Shown: one piece after another, positions 26,021 through 36,900 of the stretch
Layout of the letters: every line of letters begins with the position of its first letter
How positions within the stretch are numbered: position 1 is the stretch's first letter
DNA from: Balanoglossus misakiensis
Lineage: Eukaryota > Animalia > Hemichordata
Assembly: GCA_040954595.2 (NCBI GenBank)
Contig: CM082589.2
Coordinates: forward strand, 8,816,894-8,880,893
Length of the DNA stretch: 64,000 nt
Direction of reading: 5' to 3'
Position numbers and translations under genes: made by a program
Notes under the pieces: model-generated
What the model saw: the letters and a program-made list of their open reading frames with translations, nothing else
Databases searched by the model: none
Told to the model about the DNA's origin: nothing

Positions 26021-29000
26021 GGAACGGTAACAGTCCCTCTAATGTTATTGATTCTTTAATAGGCCACGCCAATGAAACTGAGATTGTGTTGGAAGGATCC
26101 TCGTGTATTGCGCTGATAGACACCGGGTCCATGGTATCTACTGTTGCTGACACTTTTAACAGAGAGAAGCTACAGAAACCAATTCATGACCTGAACAACT
26201 TGGTGAAGGTAGAAGGGGCTAGTGGTACAGAAGTTCCTTACCTTGGTTATATTGAAGTTGAAGTGAAATTCCCAGATAGCCATGGACAAGAGATGTCTAA
26301 AGATATATTATTGCTTGTTGTTGAAGACACGGAATATAATCAGATGGTTCCAGTTGTGATAGGCACAAATGTTCTCCAACATTTTGTGGATGAAGATACA
26401 CAGTACAGTACAGACCTATCCTCAGTATGGAGACTAGCATACCAAGCGACTATCCACCGGCAGAGGGCCGAAGGTAGGACATTTACAGTTACCACTACTA
26501 AACCCACAACCATTGGACCATACGAACGCACAGTCATCCATGGATTTTGCAGAGTGGACCTAAGAAATTGTCAATCAGTAGTTGTGGTGGAACCAGAAAA
26601 TGACAGACTTTTACCTGGTGGTTTACTTGTTACTCCAGCCGTGTTGAAGTTAGAGCCTCGTGGTAATTCGTGTCGAATCCCAGTAATGGTGACCAACTAT
26701 GGAGCACGTGCTGTCACAGTTCCCCCTAAAAGCACCCTATGTAACATGAACTTAGCATCTAATGTCTCACAGCCTTTAGATCCATATGGAGATGATATTG
26801 ATACAAACTCAGATGGGACCACCTCACCAAAAGTACCCGATTGGCTGATAAAAGACCTGGGATTACAAGAGGCAGATACAGAATTAACAGAAATCCAGAA
26901 AGACCAAGCCTTGGCTACCATTGGTAAATGGCAAACCGTGTTCTCTACAGGTGAGAGAGATTTGGGACACACAACATTGGTAACACATTCGATAAAGTTA
27001 ACGGATGAAACCCCCTTTAAAGATAAATACCGTCGAATCCCTATGGGTATGTACGAAGAATTGCAACAGTACCTGCAAGATATGCTACAGAGTGGTGTGA
27101 TTAGAGAATCAAACAGCCCGTGGTCCTCAAATGTAGTATGTGTCAGAAAACCTGATGGGAAGCTGAGGGTGTGTATTGATTATAGACGTCTCAACGCCAA
27201 AACCATTAAAGACGCTTACGCATTACCCCGGGTATTGGATACGCTTGATAACCTTAATAACGCCGAGTGGTTTTCATCGCTTGATCTACGGTCTGGATAT
27301 TACCAAGTAGAGATGGCGGAAGACGACAAAGCGAAGACGGCTTTCACGGTGGGAAACTTCGGCTTATTTGAATTCAACCGTATGTCTATGGGTCTGACCA
27401 ACGCACCTGCAACTTTCCAGCGTCTCATGGAGAAGTGTTTTGGAGAATTGGCGTTCAGAGAATGTTGTGTGTACTTAGATGACATCATAGTATTTTCGAA
27501 GACTTTTGAAGACCACCTCAATAGATTGGAGCGGGTATTCCAGCGGCTGGCATCACATGGACTAAAGTTGAAGGCAACGAAATGTGTTTTATTCCAGAAG
27601 AAGGTGAAATATCTTGGACACGTGGTATCAGCCGACGGAATTACAACGGACCCAGACAAGGTAGCAGCTCTGAAGGAATGGCCAATACCCACTACTGTAA
27701 CAGAACTGAGAAGATTTCTTGGATTTGCAGGGTATTACAGGAGATTTATCCAAAGCTACAGTAATATTGCCAAGCCACTTAACGACTTGCTGTGTGGACG
27801 TCAGTCAAGGAATAAGGCGGGAAAATTTGAAAAACTCCAGTGGGGACAACAGGAACAACAAGCTTTCGACACTCTGAGGAAGAGCCTAATGTCGTCACCA
27901 ATACTAGCCTTTGCTGACTACTCACTTCCATTTGAAATACATACTGATGCAAGTTCCACAGGTCTGGGAGCAGTGCTGTATCAACGCCAGAAAGGTATTC
28001 TCAGAGTAATTGCCTATGCAAGTAGAGGACTCACCAAGTCTGAAAGTAATTATCCAGCTCATAAATTAGAATTTTTGGCACTGAAATGGGCCGTCACCAA
28101 GAAGTTCAACGACTACCTGTATGGAAGCAAATTCACTGTGTTTACAGACAACAACCCTTTGACGTATGTGTTAACTTCTGCGAAACTGGATGCGGTGGGA
28201 CACAGATGGTTGTCAGACTTGTCATTGTACGACTTCTCTATTGTTTACCGGAGTGGTAAGAAGAATATAGAGGCTGACGCTTTGTCTAGGATTCCATGGA
28301 ATAGAGAGAATCCAGAGACGGAAACCAATCTGGGAGCCGATGTAGTCCAGGCGCTTTGTCGAGCAACAGAAGGTCCATACGTAACTTCATTCGGAATGGT
28401 AGCAGATGAGGACAGACCTGCAGTAGTTCAAGGTGGGGATGATGTGTTCTGGAAGACGGAGCAGTCCAAAGATTCAACAATACGGTATGTGACTGATCAG
28501 CTTGAAAAGGACCACAAACCACTTATGAGAGATCATACAGGAGATATCAGACTACTTATACGAGATTGGAAACGCCTTGTTCTGAAGAATGGAGTCCTAT
28601 ACAGGAAATGCTTCATCGATGATATACAATATTTGCAACTTGTCTTACCAGTACACCATAGAAAAGATGTCCTGGAGGAACTACATGATAAACTTGGACA
28701 CTTTGGCCAAGATAAAACCCTGGATCTGGTACGACGAAGATTCTACTGGCCTAGGATGTCGATGGATGTTCAAAAGAAAGTGGAACATTGTTTACCATGC
28801 ATTCGCAGGAAAAGTTCAACTTCCTTACCCAGAACTCCCTTGGTTAATATTCACACATCACAACCGATGGAAATGGTGTGCATCGACTTTCTCCATATAC
28901 CAACACCAGATCAAGGATATAGCAACATATTAGTGATGACGGACCATTTCACTCGATACGCTATAGCAGTACCTACAAAGAACCAGTCTGCCAAAACAAC

Positions 29001-30234
29001 TGCCAAAGCATTGTTTGAACATTTGATTCTGCATTATGGGTTCCCAGGACGATTACACAGTGACCAGGGGCGAAACTTTGAGTCGTCTACAATTCAGGAA
29101 CTTTGCCGAATAGCTAATATTAAGAAGTCCAGGACCACTCCATACCACCCCCAGGGAAATGGAATGTGTGAACGATTTAATAAGACGTTATTACAGATGC
29201 TGGGAACTATGAATGAAGACAACAAAACAAGATGGGCTTCACATGTCAATACGATGGTTCATGCCTATAATTCTACAAAGCATGAAAGCACCGGATATTC
29301 ACCTTTCTTTTTGATGTTTGGTCGTGAACCAAGACTGCCTATAGATGTATCTGGACATGCAGACCAGACCAACCTAGAATGTGGTGGAACAGTTTCAGAT
29401 TATGTGACGAAACTTGCCGAACGGTTGGATTACGCCTATAAAGTAGCAACGGAACGGTCTGTTAAGTCTGGTGAACGGCAGAAGAAGTCATATGATAGAA
29501 AAGTGAAGGTGGCCATAATACAACCTGGTGATACTGTGTTGGTGAAGAATACAGGACCTAAAGACAATTACAAATTGGCAGACCAATGGGAAAAGGATCC
29601 ATATACAGTGATTTCACAGCCCATAGAAGACATTCCAGTATACGTGGTACAAAAACAAGTTAAGGGTGGAAGGAAGCGGACACTACATAGAAATTTGCTA
29701 CTCCCAATACCAATAATTCCGGACGAACTGGATGACGATGTTAACACCAAGATGACGCAGCGTGATGTTAAGCAGAGTGTACCGGGTGTTATCAACGATG
29801 TTACCCAGGATGCAGTGGACGAAGAGGATGACGGCATTGGTAAATTGCAATTCGTGTCAACTATCAACTTGCCAACAGAACACAATGCTCTTAATCCTAC
29901 TGCTGCAGAATTCATCCCATCCAGAAGAGAAAGTTCCCTGATGGACAACCCCACAAGTATGGTTAATCCGGATGGACCTTCTCAAGTACTTACCTCAGAT
30001 TTCTCGAATCATATTTTGCAAAGTACGGATGGTTGGTCATCGAGCGATCCAGATGGTATCACTCCTGCTACAACCAACATCAGTCCTGACTCCAGTAGTA
30101 GTACTCAACCTGAACCACGCTATCCTACACGACAGAGACGACCTCCAGATAGATATAGTCCCGAACAATGGAATCTAAAACAGTTTGCTCATACGACTTT
30201 ATCTTCTATACCATTTATTAATTGCCACTATTAA
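25975..30234 (+). CDS. pol: Pol polyprotein (protease, RT, RNase H, integrase) in the -1 frame relative to gag
   Basis: LIDTGS protease; CIDYRRLN, LDLRSGYYQ and YLDD RT; TDAS...ELEFLA-type RNase H (HKLEFLA); H-H-C-C plus IDF/HSDQG/ERFN integrase. Frame is open from the slippery site at 25975. Confidence 0.97.
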   Translation, partial: FKWGATRHPEGHALGRNGNSPSNVIDSLIGHANETEIVLEGSSCIALIDTGSMVSTVADTFNREKLQKPIHDLNNLVKVEGASGTEVPYLGYIEVEVKFPDSHGQEMSKDILLLVVEDTEYNQMVPVVIGTNVLQHFVDEDTQYSTDLSSVWRLAYQATIHRQRAEGRTFTVTTTKPTTIGPYERTVIHGFCRVDLRNCQSVVVVEPENDRLLPGGLLVTPAVLKLEPRGNSCRIPVMVTNYGARAVTVPPKSTLCNMNLASNVSQPLDPYGDDIDTNSDGTTSPKVPDWLIKDLGLQEADTELTEIQKDQALATIGKWQTVFSTGERDLGHTTLVTHSIKLTDETPFKDKYRRIPMGMYEELQQYLQDMLQSGVIRESNSPWSSNVVCVRKPDGKLRVCIDYRRLNAKTIKDAYALPRVLDTLDNLNNAEWFSSLDLRSGYYQVEMAEDDKAKTAFTVGNFGLFEFNRMSMGLTNAPATFQRLMEKCFGELAFRECCVYLDDIIVFSKTFEDHLNRLERVFQRLASHGLKLKATKCVLFQKKVKYLGHVVSADGITTDPDKVAALKEWPIPTTVTELRRFLGFAGYYRRFIQSYSNIAKPLNDLLCGRQSRNKAGKFEKLQWGQQEQQAFDTLRKSLMSSPILAFADYSLPFEIHTDASSTGLGAVLYQRQKGILRVIAYASRGLTKSESNYPAHKLEFLALKWAVTKKFNDYLYGSKFTVFTDNNPLTYVLTSAKLDAVGHRWLSDLSLYDFSIVYRSGKKNIEADALSRIPWNRENPETETNLGADVVQALCRATEGPYVTSFGMVADEDRPAVVQGGDDVFWKTEQSKDSTIRYVTDQLEKDHKPLMRDHTGDIRLLIRDWKRLVLKNGVLYRKCFIDDIQYLQLVLPVHHRKDVLEELHDKLGHFGQDKTLDLVRRRFYWPRMSMDVQKKVEHCLPCIRRKSSTSLPRTPLVNIHTSQPMEMVCIDFLHIPTPDQGYSNILVMTDHFTRYAIAVPTKNQSAKTTAKALFEHLILHYGFPGRLHSDQGRNFESSTIQELCRIANIKKSRTTPYHPQGNGMCERFNKTLLQMLGTMNEDNKTRWASHVNTMVHAYNSTKHESTGYSPFFLMFGREPRLPIDVSGHADQTNLECGGTVSDYVTKLAERLDYAYKVATERSVKSGERQKKSYDRKVKVAIIQPGDTVLVKNTGPKDNYKLADQWEKDPYTVISQPIEDIPVYVVQKQVKGGRKRTLHRNLLLPIPIIPDELDDDVNTKMTQRDVKQSVPGVINDVTQDAVDEEDDGIGKLQFVSTINLPTEHNALNPTAAEFIPSRRESSLMDNPTSMVNPDGPSQVLTSDFSNHILQSTDGWSSSDPDGITPATTNISPDSSSSTQPEPRYPTRQRRPPDRYSPEQWNLKQFAHTTLSSIPFINCHY

Positions 30235-30293
30235 TCAAATATCTTTAACTTACTTTAAATGACGAGGACGCCATTTCTCCTCGCAGGGGTGCG

Positions 30294-30935
30294 TGTAACG
30301 GCCTTGTTGATCCATTGAATTTGTATACATGTATATCTGTATGTATGTTATACCTGTATCTTATAGTAATTAGTTATTCAATTATTCATATGACGTAATA
30401 GTACTTACCTTCAATTGGTTGATCTTAATTATATGCAAACCACCTGGAAGTTTCATTTGACCAATGAACACAAGCTAATCTGGCACTATGATGTAATTGC
30501 TGATATAAAAGGACATGGTGCATAAAATTGGTCAGTTCACCTCTGTAGCCAGACCGGCCACACACGTTGGAACTGACATGTATTTGTTCCATTTCAGGTT
30601 AGTTTCCTTGTACCTTACCTGTTGCTTGAAGCTTTGTATTTTGGTGCATTCTACCGACTCATTTCAGCACAAGTAATTGGTGTCTTTAACTTGCGTCAAT
30701 TTTCCAATTGTATGTCTATATTTTTCACTTGCATGAATTTTGGTGTATTCTGTTGGAGGTGAACTCCCATACATGTGTGTAATTTAGGAGTTCACCTCTG
30801 TAGCCAGACCGGCCACACACGTTGGAACTGACATGTATTTGTTCCATTTCAGTTATTAAATGTAAGGCCTATGTCTTTGTTACCCGTAACCAGTTTGGTG
30901 TGAATATGTTGGAATGAACGGCGACAACCGTGACA
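30294..30935 (+). repeat. 3' LTR (642 bp)
   Basis: Direct repeat of 22875-23516, preceded by a short imperfect purine tract (AGGGGTGCG). Confidence 0.97.
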
Positions 30936-33900
30936 ATTGTATTTTCCACTTTTTGTAAGTGAAGCCTGACTGTCGCCTGTCTTAGGTCACCACTTCATAA
31001 GCGGTCTTACCCGTCATTGGCACAAACAGTCTCAGGAAGTAAGCTTTCAGCCTACCGTTGTAGCTATTGTATTTTCCACTTTTTGTAAGTGAAGCCTGAC
31101 TGTCGCCTGTCTTAGGTCAACACTTCATAAGCGGTCTTACCCGTCATTGGCACAAACAGTCTCAGGAAGTAAGCTTTCAGCCTACCAATGTAGCTATTGT
31201 ATTTTCCAATTTTTGTAAGTGAAGCCTGACTGTCGCCTGTCTTAGGTCACCACTTCATAAGCGGTCTTACCCGTCATTGGCACAAACAGTCTCAGGAAGT
31301 AAGCTTTCAGCCTACCAATGTAGCTATTGTATTTTCCACTTTTTGTAAGTGAAGCCTGACTGTCGCCTGTCTTAGGTCACCACTTCATAAGCGGTCTTAC
31401 CCGTCATTGGCACAAACAGTCTCAGAAAGTAAGCTTTCAGCCTACCAATGTAGCTATTGTATTTTCCACTTTTTGTAAGTGAAGCCTGACTGTCGCCTGT
31501 CTTAGATCACAACTTCATAAGCGGTCTTACCCGTCATTGGCACAAACAGTCTCAGGAAGTAAGCTTTCAGCCTACCAATGTAGCTATTGTATTTTCCACT
31601 TTTTGTAAGTGAAGCCTGACTGTCGCCTGTCTTAGGTCACCACTTCATAAGCGGTCTTACCCGTCATTGGCACAAACAGTCTCAGGAAGTAAGCTTTCAG
31701 CCTACCAATGTAGCTATTTTATTTTCCACTTTTTGTAAGTGAAGCCTGACTGTCGCCTGTCTTAGGTCAACACTTCATAAGCGGTCTTACCCGTCATTGG
31801 CACAAACAGTCTCAGGAAGTAAGCTTTCAGCCTACCAATGTAGCTATTGTATTTTCCACTTTTTGTAAGTGAAGCCTGACTGTCGCCTGTCTTAGGTCAC
31901 CACTTCATAAGCGGTCTTACCCGTCATTGGCACAAACAGTCTCAGGAAGTAAGCTTTCAGCCTACCAATGTAGCTATTGTATTTTCCACTTTTTGTAAGT
32001 GAAGCCTGACTGTCGCCTGTCTTAGGTCACCACTTCATAAGCGGTCTTACCCGTCATTGGCACAAACAGTCTCAGGAAGTAAGCTTTCAGCCTACCAATG
32101 TAGCTATTGTATTTTCCACTTTTTGTAAGTGAAGCCTGACTGTCGCCTGTCTTAGGTCACCACTTCATAAGCGGTCTTACCCGTCATTGGCACAAACAGT
32201 CTCAGGAAGTAAGCTTTCAGCCTACCAATGTAGCTATTTTATTTTCCACTTTTTGTAAGTGAAGCCTGACTGTCGCCTGTCTTAGGTCACCACTTCATAA
32301 GCGGTCTTACCCGTCATTGGCACAAACAGTCTCAGGAAGTAAGCTTTCAGCCTACCGATGTAGCTATTGTATTTTCCACTTTTTGTAAGTGAAGCCTGAC
32401 TGTCGCCTGTCTTAGGTCACCACTTCATAAGCGGTCTTACCCGTCATTGGCACAAACAGTCTCAGGAAGTAAGCTTTCAGCCTACCAATGTAGCTATTAT
32501 ATTTTCCACTTTTTGTAAGTGAAGCCTGACTGTCGCCTGTCTTAGGTCACCACTTCATAAGCGGTCTAACCTGTCATTGGCACAAACAGTCTTAGGAAGT
32601 AAGCTTTCAGCCTACCAATGTAGCTATTGTATTTTCCACTTTTTGTAAGTGAAGCCTGACTGTCGCCTGTCTTAGGTCACCACTTCATAAGCGGTCTTAC
32701 CCGTCATTGGCACAAACAGTCTCAGGAAGTAAGCTTTCAGCCTACCAATGTAGCTATTGTATTTTCCAATTTTTGTAAGTGAAGCCTGACTGTCGCCTGT
32801 CTTAGGTCACCACTTCATAAGCGGTCTTACCCGTCATTGGCACAAACAGTCTCAGGAAGTAAGCTTTCAGCCTACCAATGTAGCTATTATATTTTCCACT
32901 TTTTGTAAGTGAAGCCTGACTGTCGCCTGTCTTAGGTCACCACTTCATAAGCGGTCTTACCTGTCATTGGCACAAACAGTCTCAGGAAGTAAGCTTTCAG
33001 CCTTCCAATGTAGCTATTGTATTTTCCACTTTTTGTAAGTGAAGCCTGACTGTCACCTGTCTTAGGTCACCACTTCATAAGCGGTCTTACCCGTCATTGG
33101 CACAAACAGTCTCAGGAAGTAAGCTTTCAGCCTACCAATGTAGCTATTGTATTTTCCAATTTTTGTAAGTGAAGCCTGACTGTCGCCTGTCTTAGGTCAC
33201 CACTTCATAAGCGGTCTTACCCGTCATTGGCACAAACAGTCTCAGGAAGTAAGCTTTCAGCCTACCAATGTAGCTATTGTATTTTCCACTTTTTGTAAGT
33301 GAAGCCTGACTGTCGCCTGTCTTAGGTCACCACTTCATAAGCGGTCTTACTTGTCATTGGCACAAACAGTCTCAGGAAGTAAGCTTTCAGCCTACCAATG
33401 AAGCTATTGTATTTTCCACTTTTTGTAAGTGAAGCCTGACTGTCGCCTGTCTTAGGTCACCACTTCATAAGCTGTCTTACCCGTCATTGGCACAAACAGT
33501 CTCAGGAAGTAAGCTTTCAGCCTACCAATGTAGCTATTGTATTTTCCACTTTTTGTAAGTGAAGCCTGACTGTCGCCTGTCTTAGGTCACCGCTTCATAA
33601 GCGGTCTTACCCGTCATTGGAACAAACAGTCTCAGGACGTAAGCTTTCAGCCTACCAATGTAGCTATTGTATTTTCCACTTTTTGTAAGTGAAGCCTGAC
33701 TGTCGCCTGTCTTAGGTCACCACTTCATAAGCAGTCTTACCCGTCATTGGCACAAACAGTCTCAGGAAGTAAGCTTTTAGCCTACCAATGTAGCTATTGT
33801 ATTTTCCACTTTTTGTAAGTGAAGCCTGACTGTCGCCTGTCTTAGGTCACCACTTCATAAGCGGTCTTACCCGTCATTGGCACAAACAGCCTCAGGAAGT

Positions 33901-36900
33901 AAGCTTTCAGCCTACCAATGTAGCTATTGTATTTTCCACTTTTTGTAAGTGAAGCCTGACTGTCGGCTGTCTTAGGTCACCACTTCATAAGCGGTCTTAC
34001 CCGTCATTGGCACAAACAGTCTCAGGAAGTAAGCTTTCAGCCTACCAATGTAGCTATTTTATTTTCCACTTTATGTAAGTGAAGCCTGACTGTCGCCTGT
34101 CTTAGGTCAACACTTCATAAGCGGTCTTACCCGTCATTGGGACAAACAGTCTCAGGAAGTAAGCTTTCAGCCTACCAATGTGGCTATTATATTTTCCACT
34201 TTTTGTAAGTGAAGCCTGACTGTCGCCTGTCTTAGGTCACCACTTCATAAGCGGTCTTACCCGTCATTGGCACAAACAGTCTCAGGAAGTAAGCTTTCAG
34301 CCTACCAATGTAGCTATTGTATTTTCCACTTTTTGTAAGTGAAGCCTGACTGTCGCCTGTCTTAGGTCACCACTTCATAAGCGGTCTTACCTGTCATTGG
34401 CACAAACAGTCTCAGGAAGTAAGCTTTCAGCCTACCAATGTAGCTATTGTATTTTCCACTTTTTGTAAGTGAAGCCTGACTGTCGCCTGTCTTAGGTCAC
34501 CACTTCATAAGCGGTCTTACCCGTCATTGGCACAAACAGTCTCAGGAAGTAAGCTTTCAGCCTACCAATGTAGCTATTGTATTTTCCAATTTTTGTAAGT
34601 GAAGCCTGACTGTCGCCTGTCTTAGGTCACCACTTCATAAGCGGTCTTACCCGTCATTGGCACAAACAGTCTCAGGAAGTAAGCTTTCAGCCTACCAATG
34701 TAGCTATTGTATTTTCCACTTTTTGTAAGTGAAGCCTGACTGTCGCCTGTCTTAGGTCACCACTTCATAAGCGGTCTTACCCGTCATTGGCACAAACAGT
34801 CTCAGGAAGTAAGCTTTCAGCCTACCATTGAAGCTATTGTATTTTCCACTTTTTGTAAGTGAAGCCTGACTGTCGCCTGTCTTAGGTCACCACTTCATAA
34901 GCGGTCTTACCCGTCATTGGCACAAACAGTCTCAGGAAGTAAGCTTTCAGCCTACCAATGTAGCTATTGTATTTTCCACTTTTTGTAAGTGAAGCCTGAC
35001 TGTCGCCTGTCTTAGGTCACCGCTTCATAAGCGGTCTTACCCGTCATTGGAACAAACAGTCTCAGGACGTAAGCTTTCAGCCTACCAATGTAGCTATTGT
35101 ATTTTCCACTTTTTGTAAGTGAAGCCTGACTGTCGCCTGTCTTAGGTCACCACTTCATAAGCAGTCTTACCCGTCATTGGCACAAACAGTCTCAGGAAGT
35201 AAGCTTTCAGCCTACCAATGTAGCTATTGTATTTTCCACTTTTTGTAAGTGAAGCCTGACTGTCGCCTGTCTTAGGTCACCACTTCATAAGCGGTCTTAC
35301 CCGTCATTGGCACAAACAGTCTCAGGAAGTAAGCTTTCAGCCTACCAATGTAGCTATTGTATTTTCCACTTTTTGTAAGTGAATCCTGACTGTCGCCTGT
35401 CTTAGGTCACCACTTCATAAGCGGTCTTACCCGTCATTGGCACAAACAGTCTCAGGAAGTAAGCTTTCAGCCTACCAATGTAGCTATTTTATTTTCCACT
35501 TTTTGTAAGTGAAGCCTGACTGTCGCCTGTCTTAGGTCACCACTTCATAAGCGGTCTTACCCGTCATTGGCACAAACAGTCAAGGAAGTAAGCTTTCAGC
35601 CTACCAATGTAGCTATTATATTTTCCACTTTTTGTAAGTGAAGCCTGACTGTCGCCTGTCTTAGGTCACCACTTCATAAGCGGTCTTACCCGTCATTGGC
35701 ACAAACAGTCTCAGGAAGTAAGCTTTCAGCCTACCAATGTAGCTATTGTATTTTCCACTTTTTGTAAGTGAAGTCTGACTGTCGCCTGTCTTAGGTCACC
35801 ACTTCATAAGCGGTCTTACCCGTCATTGGCACAAACAGTCTCAGGAAGTAAGCTTTCAGCCTACCAATGAAGCTATTGTATTTTCCACTTTTTGTAAGTG
35901 AAGCCTGACTGTCGCCTGTCTTAGGTCACCACTTCATAAGCGGTCTTACCCGTCATTGGCACAAACAGTCTCAGGAAGTAAGCTTTCAGCCTACCAATAT
36001 AGCTATTGTATTTTCCACTTTTTGTAAGTGAAGCCTGACTGTCGCCTGTCTTAGGTCACCACTTCATAAGCGGTCTTACCCGTCATTGGCACAAACTGTC
36101 TCAGGAAGTAAGCTTTCAGCCTACCAATGTAGCTATTGTATTTTTCACTTTTTGTAAGTGAAGTCTGACTGTCGCCTGTCTTTGGTCACCACTTCATAAG
36201 CGGTCTTACCCGTCATTGGCACAAACAGTCTCAGGAAGTAAGCTTTCAGCCTACCAATGTAGCTATTGTATTTTCCACTTTTTGTAAGTGAAGCCTGACT
36301 GTCGCCTGTCTTAGGTCAACACTTCATAAGCGGTCTTACCCGTCATTGGCACAAACAGTCTCAGGAAGTAAGCTTTCAGCCTACCAATGTAGCTATTGCA
36401 TTTTACACTTTTTGTAAGTGAAGCCTGACTGTCGCCTGTCTTAGGTCACCACTTCATAAGCGGCCGCGGTCTTACCCGTCATTGGCACAAACAGTCTCAG
36501 GAAGTAAGCTTTCAGCCTGCCAATGTAGCTATTGTATTTTCCACTTTTTGTAAGTGAAGCCCTCTTGTCGCCTGTCTTAGGTCACCACTTCATAAGCGGT
36601 CTTACCCGTCATTGGCACAAACAGTCACAGGAAGTAAGCTTTCACGTACCAATGTAGCTATTGTATTTTCCACTTTTTGTAAGTGAAGCCTGACTGTCGC
36701 CTGTCTTAGGTCACCACTTCATAAGCGGTCTTACCCGTCATTGGCACAAACAGTCTCAGGAAGTAAGCTTTCAGCCTACCAATGTAGCTATTATATTTTC
36801 CAGTTTTTGTAAGTGAAGCCTGACTGTCGCCTGTCTAAGGTCACCACTTCATAAGTGGTCTTACCCGTTATTGGCACAAACAGTCTCAGGAAGTAAGCTT

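Larger units (their letters stand above)
22875..30935 (+). mobile_element. Full-length Ty3/Gypsy LTR retrotransposon
   Basis: Two 642-bp TG...CA LTRs; 4-bp TSD ATTG (22871-22874 and 30936-30939); PBS; intact gag and pol in PR-RT-RH-IN order. Confidence 0.98.

Noticed and set aside
29700-30293. env gene or chromodomain after the integrase
   Set aside because: The Pol tail is low-complexity and acidic/Ser-rich, ends in an RxxRxRRPPDRY motif, and leaves no room for a third ORF
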